A stretch of 63,731 nt of DNA from Candidatus Omnitrophota bacterium (GCA_028717645.1 JAQUNK010000005.1:1-63731), one strand, 5' to 3'. Positions 20,122 to 29,871 are shown, numbered from the stretch's first letter. Notes: generated by a model from the letters alone, not told the origin. Translations and numbers: made by a program.

Positions 20122-21921
20122 TCAGGCTTTCTGCAATAATAGGCGGGCCGATTTTTTCATTGATTCGAAAAATATGATCAATACCAATATGAGCATAACG
20201 ATGGAAATAGAGGCATTAAGGTTCCCCTGGAAGGTTTGTTTGGGCAGGTAGTTCTGCGTTATATTCGCAAAGCCGGCGACAAAGGTAGTAACAAACATGA
20301 ACATCGCCGGAATAAAAGTGATCAGCGCATAGAGCCAGGATTTGGAATGCTTAAGTATAAAGGTGGTCCCCACGAACAGGGCCAAAGCCGCCAATAGCTG
20401 GTTTGCCACGCCAAACATCGGCCAGATAGTTGAAATATCCCCGTTATATACGAGATAACCCCAAAGGAAGCTAATGATCCCTCCCGAAATGACCATTCCC
20501 GGCAACCAGTTACTCCTGCCTAGCTTTGGATTGATGAATTTTACCATTTCCTGCAGGATATAGCGCGCTACGCGCGTTCCGGTATCCACCGTGGTCAAAA
20601 TGAATAATGCCTCGAACATAATGGCAAAATGATACCAGTAACCCATCAGGTGCTTCATGCCTTTTATCGAAGAAAGGATCACCGACATCCCCGCAGCAAG
20701 CGATACCGCACCACCGGGCCGGGCAACGAGTGTTTCTCCGGCCATATGTTCGATCTGGCTCAGATGCGTCGTGGTCATGCCCAGCTTTGCGAATACTTCC
20801 GGCGGTAGGTTAATCGCAAAATAATCTCCCGGCAACAGGACTGTTGCAGCGATCAAAGCCATGATCGAAACCACGGCTTCAACCAACATTGCTCCAAAAC
20901 TGATAAAACGGATATCTCTCTCATTATCTATCATTTTAGGCGTAGTACCGGAACTGACTAAACTGTGAAACCCGCTTATCGCACCACAGGCAATAGTGAT
21001 ACAGACAAACGGCCATACCTTACCCGGAATGATCGGCCCGCCGCCATGAATAAACGGTGTCAATGCCGGCATGTGTATCCTGGGATTGACTACAAAAATA
21101 CCCAAAATAAGTAAAAGGATCGTTCCGATCTTCATATAAGAACTTAAATAATCCCGCGGGCACAAAAGCAGCCACACAGGAAGTATGGAAGCGATAAAGC
21201 CGTAGATAGGCAGCATAATGGAAAGTGTCGGCTTAGATAAAAGGAAGATCGAACCAAAAGCTGTTTTTGATAAGGGTTCGCCCAATACAACACCTGCGAT
21301 CACCAATGCCACTCCGATCAACGATGCCTCGACGATTTTACCAGGACGGATCTTATACATATAGAGAGCAACAAGAAAAGCAACCGGGATAGTCATAGCA
21401 ATGGTAAATGTCGCCCAGGAACTTTCGCTTAAGGCATTAACCACTACCAGTGCTAAGCCTGCGAGCGCGGTAACAATGATAAAAAGTATGGCAAATCCCG
21501 TAGCCAGGCCGGCAGTCGGACTGATATGTTTTCTTGCCAGGCGGGTGAGAGATTGGCCCTTCATCCTGACTGAGGCAAAAAGAATGACCATATCGTGCAC
21601 TGCGCCGCCTAAAACCGCGCCGATGAGTATCCAAAGAAAACCCGGAAGAAACCCGAATTGCGCCGCAAGCACCGGTCCAACCAAAGGGCCAGCTCCGGAG
21701 ATCGCCGCAAAATGATGGCCGAAGAGCACGAATTTATTTGTAGGGTGGTAATCTTTACCGTCACGGAAGGCATGGGCAGGGGTCTTGCGCTGGCTGTCAA
21801 AAACGAGCACCTTAGTAATGATAAACTTGGCGTAGAACCTATACGCCAGGGCAAAAACCAGTAAACTTATGATGATCAGGGTCAAGGCATGCATGTGAAT
21901 ATTATATAAAGTTTTTAGCAT
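20122..21921 (-). CDS. cstA: Carbon starvation protein A (CstA peptide/pyruvate transporter family)
   Basis: LFGHHFAAISGAGPLVGPVLAAQFGFLPG signature, multi-TM, about 600 aa. Start uncertain (TTG 21927, ATG 21921 or ATG 21894). The only minus-strand gene. Confidence 0.9.
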   Translation of the reverse strand: MLKTLYNIHMHALTLIIISLLVFALAYRFYAKFIITKVLVFDSQRKTPAHAFRDGKDYHPTNKFVLFGHHFAAISGAGPLVGPVLAAQFGFLPGFLWILIGAVLGGAVHDMVILFASVRMKGQSLTRLARKHISPTAGLATGFAILFIIVTALAGLALVVVNALSESSWATFTIAMTIPVAFLVALYMYKIRPGKIVEASLIGVALVIAGVVLGEPLSKTAFGSIFLLSKPTLSIMLPIYGFIASILPVWLLLCPRDYLSSYMKIGTILLLILGIFVVNPRIHMPALTPFIHGGGPIIPGKVWPFVCITIACGAISGFHSLVSSGTTPKMIDNERDIRFISFGAMLVEAVVSIMALIAATVLLPGDYFAINLPPEVFAKLGMTTTHLSQIEHMAGETLVARPGGAVSLAAGMSVILSSIKGMKHLMGYWYHFAIMFEALFILTTVDTGTRVARYILQEMVKFINPKLGRSNWLPGMVISGGIISFLWGYLVYNGDISTIWPMFGVANQLLAALALFVGTTFILKHSKSWLYALITFIPAMFMFVTTFVAGFANITQNYLPKQTFQGNLNASISIVMLILVLIIFFESMKKSARLLLQKA

Positions 21922-22057
21922 TTGCAAAGGAAAATATTAAACTTATTTTTGATTGAAGGAAACGGTCTTTTGGGGTAAAATAAAATATCTCATCCGCAGT
22001 ACAAAAACAGACTTTAGTTTTTAAAAAATTTTAAGCTAAAAAATAGGGGGTTATGTT

Positions 22058-23530
22058 ATGAGCGGAATATTCGGGGTCAGCTCCAAAAGTGATTGCGCGC
22101 GGACCTTGTTTTACGGCACGGACTATCATTCCCATTTAGGTACTGAATTCGGCGGCCTGGCGCTATTAGGCGATAAATTCACCCGCCAGATCCACAACAT
22201 CAGCCAGTCACAGTTCAAGGCTAAATTTTATTCGGATATCCAGAATATGCACGGCAATAAAGGCATAGGTGTGATCAGCGCTTTTGACGAACAACCAATC
22301 TACCTGCAATCAAAATTCGGGCCATTCTGCCTGGTCTTTAACGGCCTGATCGAAAATGCCGAGACACTGGCCAAGGATATGTTAAGTAAGGGCTTTTCTT
22401 TCAGCGAAGTAAGCAAGGGCACGGTTAATTCCGCAGAATTAGTTTCCAAGCTGATCACCCAGGGCCACGACATCATCGAGGGGATAGAAAAATTGTTCAG
22501 CGTTATTGAGGGCTCTTGCTCACTGCTTATATTGAATAAGGACGGTGTATATGCTGCCTGCGATAGGCTTGGTTTTAATCCTTTGGTCATCGGAAAAAAT
22601 TCCGACGGCTGGGCAGTAACCAGCGAAACCACTGCGTTTTATAACAACGACTTCCAGATCATCAAGTATTTAGAGCCGGGTGAGATCGTCTTACTCAATG
22701 AAAACGGCATGACGCAAAAGGCCAAGGGCAGAGAAAAAAAGCAGGTCTGTACCTTTCTCTGGATCTATACCGGTTTTCCTGCCTCTGATTATGAAGGAAT
22801 AAACACTGAAATCGTGCGTGAACGCTGCGGCAGATGCCTGGCGCGGCATGATAAAGATATAGAAATAGACTCCGTCTGTGGAGTACCGGATTCGGGCGTT
22901 GCGCATGCTATCGGATATGCCATGGAATCGGGCGTACCCTTAAGAAGGCCGCTGGTAAAATATACTCCCGGATACGGTAGGAGTTATACTCCGCCTTCCC
23001 AGGAGACCCGCGATTTGGTAGCTAAAATGAAATTAGTGGCGATAAAAGAGGTCATTAAAGGCGAACGGATAGCCCTCTGTGAAGATTCTATTGTGCGCGG
23101 TACGCAGCTTAAGAACTTTACCATTAAGAAACTCTGGGATAATGCAGCCAAAGAAGTGCATGTGCGGCCGGCCTGTCCGCCGCTAATGTTCCCTTGCAAA
23201 TTCAACCTTTCCACGCGTAATATCAATGAACTTGCCGCACGCAGGGCGATCCGCAGCTTAGAAGGCAGGGACATCGAAGACCTTTCTTCTTACATAGACC
23301 ATACTTCGCCAAAATATAAAAAAATGGTCGACTGGATCAGAAAAGACTTAGGTGTTACCACTTTAAGGTATCAAACAGTTGAAGATATGGTTAAAGCCAT
23401 CGGCCTGCCAAAGGAAAAACTCTGCCTTTATTGCTGGCTGGGCTCATCTTTAAATGGCAAATCTCCCAAAAAAACAAAAGCCTCTTCCGTGGCGCGCATA
23501 AAAGAAGAAAGGCTCTGCCCTGCGCGGTAA
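22058..23530 (+). CDS. Amidophosphoribosyltransferase-like protein (PurF paralogue) with Ser in place of the N-terminal nucleophile Cys
   Basis: Starts MSGIFGV (canonical MCGI.G). Intact PRTase motifs VCGVPDSGVAHAIGYA and IALCEDSIVRGTQL. The start is fixed by an in-frame TAA at 22037 and an AGGGGG RBS. Confidence 0.75.
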   Translation: MSGIFGVSSKSDCARTLFYGTDYHSHLGTEFGGLALLGDKFTRQIHNISQSQFKAKFYSDIQNMHGNKGIGVISAFDEQPIYLQSKFGPFCLVFNGLIENAETLAKDMLSKGFSFSEVSKGTVNSAELVSKLITQGHDIIEGIEKLFSVIEGSCSLLILNKDGVYAACDRLGFNPLVIGKNSDGWAVTSETTAFYNNDFQIIKYLEPGEIVLLNENGMTQKAKGREKKQVCTFLWIYTGFPASDYEGINTEIVRERCGRCLARHDKDIEIDSVCGVPDSGVAHAIGYAMESGVPLRRPLVKYTPGYGRSYTPPSQETRDLVAKMKLVAIKEVIKGERIALCEDSIVRGTQLKNFTIKKLWDNAAKEVHVRPACPPLMFPCKFNLSTRNINELAARRAIRSLEGRDIEDLSSYIDHTSPKYKKMVDWIRKDLGVTTLRYQTVEDMVKAIGLPKEKLCLYCWLGSSLNGKSPKKTKASSVARIKEERLCPAR

Positions 23531-23575
23531 AGTAGGGAAAATAGCCATAAAAGCATGGCAATTTTGAACGGTAAG

Positions 23576-23584
23576 TGCTATAAT
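23576..23584 (+). promoter_or_regulatory. Extended -10 element (TGCTATAAT) upstream of a small ORF
   Basis: Exact TGnTATAAT 20 nt upstream of the ATG at 23604, followed by an AGGAGGG RBS. Confidence 0.35.
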
Positions 23585-23603
23585 TGACAAAAAGGAGGGC
23601 AAG

Positions 23604-23714
23604 ATGGAATGGAGATTATTTGGCCAGATAGTCTTGTTGATCATTATCAACGCTTTTGTCCTGACCGTAATTAAATGCACGCACGACACCTTTTGCATGA
23701 AATGTAAAAAATAG
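23604..23714 (+). CDS. Possible 36-aa membrane peptide with Cys-rich tail
   Basis: Not in the ORF track (<60 aa). MEWRLFGQIVLLIIINAFVLTVIKCTHDTFCMKCKK. Strong RBS (AAAGGAGGG) 6 nt upstream. GC hairpin (23738-23760) downstream. Confidence 0.35.
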   Translation: MEWRLFGQIVLLIIINAFVLTVIKCTHDTFCMKCKK

Positions 23715-23801
23715 ACCGTAGTCTTATAGCATATACCGGGCCGGAGAAAGAATCCGGCCCAAACTTTACCACGAACAAACTTTACATTAAAAGGAGGACA
23801 G

Positions 23802-24206
23802 ATGAAAAAAATCGCCGGATTAATCATGTGCGTGGCTATTCTTATAGCTACCAGTGGTTTAACGCATGCCGCCGAGCCTTGGGTTCTTTTGGGCCAACGG
23901 GTCATCAGTGACCAGCCACATGATATTATTTATCTGACCACGACAGAAGAATTCCGCGCAATTAAAATAGCGGTATTCAAAAAACCAGTGGAATTCAAGG
24001 ATGTTAAGGTGAGTTTCGCTTATGGAACATCACAGAACATCAAAATAAGCCGGATAATCAAACCCCGGGAAAATCCCGAAGTTATTGATCTCGTAGGCAA
24101 GAAACGGGTAATTAAACGGATAGAATTACAGTACAATACGAAATCGCTTTCAGGCCGTAAGGCAATAATCAGGATATTTGGTTTAAAGGCAAGGAACGCC
24201 AAATAA
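23802..24206 (+). CDS. Secreted hypothetical protein (DUF2541/YaaI-like?)
   Basis: Signal peptide (...SGLTHA-AE). 134 aa. VKVSFAYGTSQNIKI...IDLVGKKRVIKRIELQY...AIIRIFG pattern. AGGAGG RBS. Confidence 0.45.
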   Translation: MKKIAGLIMCVAILIATSGLTHAAEPWVLLGQRVISDQPHDIIYLTTTEEFRAIKIAVFKKPVEFKDVKVSFAYGTSQNIKISRIIKPRENPEVIDLVGKKRVIKRIELQYNTKSLSGRKAIIRIFGLKARNAK

Positions 24207-24235
24207 GCCTAAATTAATAATAAAAAGGAGGAGTT

Positions 24236-24397
24236 ATGTTCAAGGGATTCTGTTTGATGATAATGGGTTTATTCATTGCCGGATGCTGCTGCCATGTTCC
24301 ACCCGGACAGATAAAAAAAGAAACAACTCCCGGCCATATAATGCAAGACACAGGTTATAATCCTGCTTCCGGAAAGATGAAAACAAAGTGTAAGTAA
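24236..24397 (+). CDS. Possible 53-aa lipoprotein with CCC motif
   Basis: Not in the ORF track. MFKGFCLMIMGLFIAGCCCHVPPGQ... has a lipobox-like FIAG-C. AGGAGG RBS 6 nt upstream. Confidence 0.4.
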   Translation: MFKGFCLMIMGLFIAGCCCHVPPGQIKKETTPGHIMQDTGYNPASGKMKTKCK

Positions 24398-24404
24398 ATA
24401 GTTG

Positions 24405-25211
24405 ATGCATAAAATAAAACTGGATGTTTATCGCTTGCTGGAGAAGATAAAAGCCGCTAAGCCGGTAGTGCACCACTTGACTAACTGGGTCACTATTTAT
24501 GATTGTGCAAATATCGTAAAGGTGCTGGGCGGCTCGCCGATCATGGCCCATGCGAAAGAAGAAGCTGCTGAAATGGCTGCAATTGCCTCCAGCCTTGTAT
24601 TAAACATAGGCACCCTGACTCCGGGCCTTGTAGAAGCGATGAAGCGCGCAGGAAAAAGCGCGAATGCCAAAGGCATACCGGTAATACTCGATGCCTGCGG
24701 TACCGGATCGACCCAACTACGCGATAAAAAATCCGCAGAACTCCTTAACCGGGTAAAGATCAGCATCATCAAGGGTAACGCCTCTGAGATCGCCAGGGTC
24801 AGCGGAGAGGATGTAAAAACCAGAGGCGTAGATTCCGGGCAGGTAAATAAAAATATGCTGAGACTGGCACAGGGCCTTGCCCGTAAACGTAAATGCACGG
24901 TGGTGGTAACGGGAAAAGAAGATATCGTCACCGACGGAAAAAAGACCTATATTATCAAGAATGGCCATCCGATGATGACCCATATTGTGGGCACAGGCTG
25001 CATGGCAGCATCTGCCATTGGTACTTTTGCTGCCGTAGAGAAAGACTTATCCTATGCTGCGGCTGCGGCGTTAACAGCCTTCGAGATCGCCGCGGAATGT
25101 TCCGCAAGATCTTCCGCCGGCCCGGGGACATTTAAGGAAAATCTCTTTGACCGTATTTTCAATCTGGACAAAAGAACGATTGATAAAATGCAAAAGGTGG
25201 AGGCATCTTAA
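24405..25211 (+). CDS. thiM: Hydroxyethylthiazole kinase
   Basis: VHHLTNWVTIYDCANIVKVLGGSPIMAH, VLDACGTG and GTGCMAAS motifs. Confidence 0.85.
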   Translation: MHKIKLDVYRLLEKIKAAKPVVHHLTNWVTIYDCANIVKVLGGSPIMAHAKEEAAEMAAIASSLVLNIGTLTPGLVEAMKRAGKSANAKGIPVILDACGTGSTQLRDKKSAELLNRVKISIIKGNASEIARVSGEDVKTRGVDSGQVNKNMLRLAQGLARKRKCTVVVTGKEDIVTDGKKTYIIKNGHPMMTHIVGTGCMAASAIGTFAAVEKDLSYAAAAALTAFEIAAECSARSSAGPGTFKENLFDRIFNLDKRTIDKMQKVEAS

Positions 25212-25212
25212 A

Positions 25213-25737
25213 TTGAAAAGGATAATTCCTGTTTTATTTTTATGCCTGCTTTTGGCAGTCTATGGCTACGCGGGAATAGCTAAAGCGCAAGGAGGGTCTA
25301 ATATGAAAATAACCAGCCCTGAGTTTGAAAGCGGAAAATATATTCCGCAGAAATTTTCCTGCCAAGGAGAAGGCATTAACCCGCCACTGACCATCGAAGA
25401 CATACCTGAAGGAACAAAAAGCTTAGTACTAATTGTGGAAGACCCTGATGCAGTTATGGGGACCTATGTGCATTGGGTAGTATTCGATATCCCCGTTACC
25501 GGACGTATCGAAAAAAACAGCATTCCCGGAAAACAAGGAAAGAATACCTCCGGAAAAAATAATTACGTCAGCCCCTGCCCGCCGACAGGCAGCCACCGTT
25601 ACTTTTTTAAAATATACGCGCTGGATAAGATGCTCAACCTTAGCGAAACAATCACTAAGGGAGAGCTAGAAAAAGCCATGTACGGGCACATCCTAGAACA
25701 GGCCGAACTGATGGGCCTCTATAAAAAAACCAGATAA
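25213..25737 (+). CDS. YbhB/YbcL-family PEBP (Raf kinase inhibitor-like) protein, probably exported
   Basis: DPDA...YVHWVVFDIP and CPPTGSHRYFFKIYALD. TTG at 25213 (GGTGGAGG RBS) yields a signal peptide. Alternative cytoplasmic start is the ATG at 25303 (AGGAGGG RBS). Confidence 0.8.
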   Translation: MKRIIPVLFLCLLLAVYGYAGIAKAQGGSNMKITSPEFESGKYIPQKFSCQGEGINPPLTIEDIPEGTKSLVLIVEDPDAVMGTYVHWVVFDIPVTGRIEKNSIPGKQGKNTSGKNNYVSPCPPTGSHRYFFKIYALDKMLNLSETITKGELEKAMYGHILEQAELMGLYKKTR

Positions 25738-25741
25738 CGAA

Positions 25742-26506
25742 ATGGGGATCATTAAAAAGTTTGTTATTACCCTCGGAGCTGTTTTTCTTCTTATAATTGC
25801 TCTCTTTATCGGCCTTTTCTTTTTCATAAAAAACATCGAAGTAAAAAATGTCCTGGAAAAAGAAATAGAACGCACCCTGGGCATCAATGTAACCATAGAA
25901 AAAATAGAATTCTCGCCGCTAGCGGCGCATATCGAGATAAGCGGAATAACCATAGATAATCCCAAAGGATTTGCGGAAAAAGAGCTTGCCTATATTTCTT
26001 CGATCCATTTCGTATTCGACCCCATAGAAATAATCGCCCGCAAGAAACCAAATATATACCTTTTTGTACTGAACATAAAAAGGCTGAATATCGTAAAAAA
26101 CAAAGATGGAAAGGTGAATATAAAGGAACTTGTTCCGGTCGAGAAATGGAATGTGCCCGTTGAGGCAAAAACGCCTTTCTATTTTGATGCCGTCGTCCTG
26201 AGTATCGATGAAATAAATTATACCGAATACGGCATGCTGGGCAAAAAGATTTCCAATTATCCCGTCGCTATAAAGAATGCCACGTTCCTCAATGTTAACG
26301 ACGAAAACGATATGGTAAAGCTTGTGGTCTACAGGGCCATGATGAGCACTGACGTAGGCAAGTTCATCAACTTAAGCGTCGTGCCGATGGTCTCACAGGT
26401 AAGCGGCACGGTGGGTGCTGCCTGGGAAGCGGCAAAATTCAGCTTCAACAGCGTGCTCAAGATATCCACTGCGCCTTTCAGGTTCCTTTTTGAAAAAGGG
26501 CAGTAA
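25742..26506 (+). CDS. Membrane-anchored hypothetical protein (AsmA/DUF748-like N-terminus?)
   Basis: Single N-terminal TM (FVITLGAVFLLIIALFIGLFFFI), then a beta-rich soluble region. No firm family match by eye. Confidence 0.45.
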   Translation: MGIIKKFVITLGAVFLLIIALFIGLFFFIKNIEVKNVLEKEIERTLGINVTIEKIEFSPLAAHIEISGITIDNPKGFAEKELAYISSIHFVFDPIEIIARKKPNIYLFVLNIKRLNIVKNKDGKVNIKELVPVEKWNVPVEAKTPFYFDAVVLSIDEINYTEYGMLGKKISNYPVAIKNATFLNVNDENDMVKLVVYRAMMSTDVGKFINLSVVPMVSQVSGTVGAAWEAAKFSFNSVLKISTAPFRFLFEKGQ

Positions 26507-26563
26507 ATCGAGTGCCGCCTTCTACGACACCCAGCCTGAGATTCCGGAATTTACCTTATAAAA

Positions 26564-26899
26564 ATGAAAAAAGCTTTTTACCTTTCTTGCTTATTGTTCT
26601 TGTTGCCGCTATATGCCGGTTGCATGCCGAATTGGGATGAAACTTCTTTTACTGCCATTTATCCCGAAGACGACACGCTCACAAAAAGCCATATTATTCG
26701 CACGGGCATGACCAAAGAAGAAGTCTTGTCTACCCTAGGAGCCAGGCCGCGCAAGTCCCGTATCGTGTCGAAAGAAAAAGAGATCTGGGTTTACGGCAGA
26801 TACTGGGAAGGCGACGTAGAAGTAACCCTTACTTTTATCAATGATAAGCTGGAAAAAATAAATGAATTTTATCTTACGGGGAATATACCGGTATTTTAA
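26564..26899 (+). CDS. BamE/SmpA-OmlA-like lipoprotein
   Basis: Lipobox LYAG-C. GMTKEEVLSTLGARP matches the SmpA_OmlA motif. Confidence 0.5.
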   Translation: MKKAFYLSCLLFLLPLYAGCMPNWDETSFTAIYPEDDTLTKSHIIRTGMTKEEVLSTLGARPRKSRIVSKEKEIWVYGRYWEGDVEVTLTFINDKLEKINEFYLTGNIPVF

Positions 26900-26983
26900 A
26901 AACAGGTATTTTTTTCTTTAGAATGATATTGAAATTATATAAATAGATGTTAGAATAATCTGAGCAAATAAAAGGAGGATGTA

Positions 26984-27502
26984 ATGAAATCTTTGATCAA
27001 GTTGATGCCAATTCTCGCACTCTTGGTCGGCCTAACCGGCTGCGCCACCGTGCATGAAGTTACTGCCAAGTATTACGGCGATACGAACCTTGCTAGTTTC
27101 AAAACTTACCGTTGGGCCAGCAACACTCCTCAGATCTCCAGCTCAATGAGAGCAGATCAGGCATCTACCGATACCCGGGTAAGAGAGACCGTAGACCGAG
27201 AACTCGCTGCCAAAGGATATGTACAAACAGATAATAAGCCCGTTGATTTTCTGGTCGATTACCTGCTTGAAATCAAACATAAAACGAACGTCCTGCCTAT
27301 AGGCTATGGCTTTACTTCCGAGGACGAGCGCACCAGCGGAAGGATAATCCTGAGCATCCTTAACCCCGATACGAAACAACTGATGTGGCGCGGCAGCGCG
27401 GATGCGGAAGTATACCGGTATGATTTTATGGAGATGAAGGCCATGGTCCTGGAAAAAGCCATTCAGAACGTTCTTAGTAGTTTACCGGAAAGCGGCACAT
27501 AG
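26984..27502 (+). CDS. Lipoprotein, DUF4136-like
   Basis: Lipobox LTG-C. FKTYRWAS...VDFLVDYLL pattern. Confidence 0.45.
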   Translation: MKSLIKLMPILALLVGLTGCATVHEVTAKYYGDTNLASFKTYRWASNTPQISSSMRADQASTDTRVRETVDRELAAKGYVQTDNKPVDFLVDYLLEIKHKTNVLPIGYGFTSEDERTSGRIILSILNPDTKQLMWRGSADAEVYRYDFMEMKAMVLEKAIQNVLSSLPESGT

Positions 27503-27521
27503 AGGCACCCGCCTCTATGTG
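27496..27521 (+). terminator. Stable hairpin overlapping the stop codon (possible terminator, no U-tract)
   Basis: CACATAGAGGC-ACCC-GCCTCTATGTG, an 11-bp perfect stem. Followed by TTCGGCGG rather than a T-run. Confidence 0.3.
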
Positions 27522-27589
27522 TTCGGCGGACAAACCCAACTTGCCATTTTTCTTGTCTTTTTTCATTAGCTAATATATAATAAGGGGTT

Positions 27590-28192
27590 ATGATGCAAAT
27601 ACTGAACACATTCTTATTAACTTTTATCCCTATATTCGTGGCCGTAGATTCGATCGGCAATATACCCCTGTTTGTTTCCTTGGTAGAAGGAACAACCAAA
27701 AAACAAAGACATAAGATCATCGTGCAATCGATTACTACAGCTACTGCAGTGGCTGTAGTTTTTATGTTTGTAGGCAGGTGGATACTTACTTTTATCGGCA
27801 TTACCATACCCGATTTTCAGATCGCCGGAGGCGCGCTTCTCTTTATCATATCCATGCGCCTGCTCTTGCCGGGTTCTTCAAAAACATTTCTCTCCAACGG
27901 GCACGATAAAGATGTGGGTGTCTTTCCCCTGGGAACACCCCTGATCACCGGGCCGGCGGTATTAACCACTACCCTGATCATGCTGAATAATTTTGGGGCA
28001 GGCTACACCTTTGCCTCTTTAATGATAAATATGTTTATCGTCTGGATCACCCTGGCCAAAGCAGATACGATCATGCGCTTCCTGGGTACAAGCGGTACCC
28101 GCGCCTTTGCCAAGATCATGTATATCCTCCTGGCTGCCATCGGAGTAATGATGGCGAGAAAAGGCATTACGGAGCTGATACACTTACCATGA
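27590..28192 (+). CDS. MarC/UPF0056 family integral membrane protein
   Basis: 200 aa, 6 TM. FIPIFVAVDSIGNIPLF and PLGTPLITGPAVLTT motifs. Confidence 0.8.
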   Translation: MMQILNTFLLTFIPIFVAVDSIGNIPLFVSLVEGTTKKQRHKIIVQSITTATAVAVVFMFVGRWILTFIGITIPDFQIAGGALLFIISMRLLLPGSSKTFLSNGHDKDVGVFPLGTPLITGPAVLTTTLIMLNNFGAGYTFASLMINMFIVWITLAKADTIMRFLGTSGTRAFAKIMYILLAAIGVMMARKGITELIHLP

Positions 28193-29412
28193 AAAAAGTA
28201 ATTACTTTTATTATGGCAGGCGGCAAAGGCGAGAGGCTCTGGCCGTTGACCCGCGACCGGGCGAAACCCGCGGTCCCCTTCGGCGGGATATACCGGATCG
28301 TAGATTTTACTTTAAGCAACTGCATTAATTCAGGCCTACGCCGCATTTACGTCCTCACGCAGTATAAATCCATATCCCTGCACCGGCATATCCGCATGGG
28401 TTGGTCGATATTCTCTTCCGAACTCGGAGAATTCGTAGAGTTGCTTCCCGCACAACAAAGAGTGGGCGATTCCTGGTACCTGGGCACAGCCGACGCAATT
28501 TATCAGAATATCTACACCATAGAAATGGAAAAACCGGATGAAGTATTAATTCTCGCCGGTGACCACGTTTATAAAATGAATTATTACCAGATGATAGATT
28601 TTCACCGTTCAATCGATGCAGACCTTACCGTAGGCGTAGTAGAAGTAGATAAAGGCAAGTCGCCGCAGCTAGGTGTGGTAGAAGTAGATAAGACAGGCAA
28701 GGTCAAGGGCTTTGAAGAGAAACCAAAAAAGCCGAAAACCATCCTTAACGAACCGGACAAAATATACGCCTCTATGGGCATCTATGTTTTCAAATGCAAG
28801 GCGCTCGAAGAACAATTGACCCTGGATGCACACAGCACTTCCTCAGAACACGATTTTGGCAAAAACATCCTACCGAGCATGATCAAACAAGGTTACAAGG
28901 TCGCGGCTTATAATTTTAAGGATGAGAACAAAAAAGAAGCCATGTATTGGCGCGATATCGGGACCATGGACGCTTACCATGAAGCAAATATGGACCTGGT
29001 GCAAGTTGAGCCGACGTTCAACCTTTATGATAAAGAATGGCCTATACGTACTTACCAGGAACAGTATCCGCCGGCAAAAACAGTTTTTTCAGGAGAAGAA
29101 GTAGCCGGAAGGGTAGGCCTGGTGCTGGATTCACTGGTGGCCAGCGGCTCCATTGTCAGCGGCGGCAAAGTACAACGCTCTGTGCTCTCTCCCAACGTAC
29201 GTATCAATAGCTTCTCCGAAATCTATGATTCCATACTTATGGAAGGGGTCAATGTCGGGAGGTACGCCAAGGTCAAACGCGCGATAGTCGATAAAGACGT
29301 AGATATCCCCGTTGGTACGGTAATCGGCTACGACCCGGAAGAAGATAAAAAGAGATTTTTTGTAACCGAATCTGGAATAACGGTCGTGGCAAAAGGAACA
29401 CATATCAAATGA
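28189..29412 (+). CDS. glgC: Glucose-1-phosphate adenylyltransferase
   Basis: MAGGKGERLWPLTRDRAKPAVPFGGIYRIVDFTLSNCINSG. C-terminal left-handed beta-helix repeats. Confidence 0.9.
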   Translation: MKKVITFIMAGGKGERLWPLTRDRAKPAVPFGGIYRIVDFTLSNCINSGLRRIYVLTQYKSISLHRHIRMGWSIFSSELGEFVELLPAQQRVGDSWYLGTADAIYQNIYTIEMEKPDEVLILAGDHVYKMNYYQMIDFHRSIDADLTVGVVEVDKGKSPQLGVVEVDKTGKVKGFEEKPKKPKTILNEPDKIYASMGIYVFKCKALEEQLTLDAHSTSSEHDFGKNILPSMIKQGYKVAAYNFKDENKKEAMYWRDIGTMDAYHEANMDLVQVEPTFNLYDKEWPIRTYQEQYPPAKTVFSGEEVAGRVGLVLDSLVASGSIVSGGKVQRSVLSPNVRINSFSEIYDSILMEGVNVGRYAKVKRAIVDKDVDIPVGTVIGYDPEEDKKRFFVTESGITVVAKGTHIK

Positions 29413-29861
29413 TCAGAAAAGCAAATATAAAAGATGTAAAAAACCTTCAGTACTTAATCAACTGCTTCGCGTCAAAAGACCTGATGATCGCACGCTCATT
29501 AAACGAACTTTACGAGAATATCCGCGATTTCTGGGTTTATGAAGAGAAGGGGAAGATCTTGGGCTGCGCAGCGCTGCATGTTATCGGCTGGCAGGACCTA
29601 GCTGAAATAAAATCCCTGGCAGTAGAAAAACGTAAGCACGGGAAGGGCATCGGCAGTTCATTGATCCTAAAATGCCTCGAAGATGCAAAAAACCTGGGAG
29701 TAAAACAGGTATTTTGCCTTACTTATGCGCCTAAATTTTTTATGCGTTTCGGCTTTAAAAAGATCGACAAGTCCAAACTTCCGCATAAGGTATGGGTTGA
29801 ATGCTGTAATTGCCCGAAATTCCCCGGCTGCGACGAAGTCGCCCTGATAAGAAAAGTCTAG
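29409..29861 (+). CDS. GNAT family N-acetyltransferase (ArgA C-terminal-domain-like)
   Basis: LAVEKRKHGKGIGSSLI acetyl-CoA motif. 150 aa. Confidence 0.7.
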   Translation: MIRKANIKDVKNLQYLINCFASKDLMIARSLNELYENIRDFWVYEEKGKILGCAALHVIGWQDLAEIKSLAVEKRKHGKGIGSSLILKCLEDAKNLGVKQVFCLTYAPKFFMRFGFKKIDKSKLPHKVWVECCNCPKFPGCDEVALIRKV

Positions 29862-29871
29862 GAGGATATTT

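Noticed and set aside
25147-25212. A 22-codon upstream extension of the PEBP gene overlapping thiM.
   Set aside because: The extension overlaps the thiM 3' end in another frame and has no RBS. The TTG at 25213 (GGTGGAGG RBS, signal peptide) or the ATG at 25303 are better starts.
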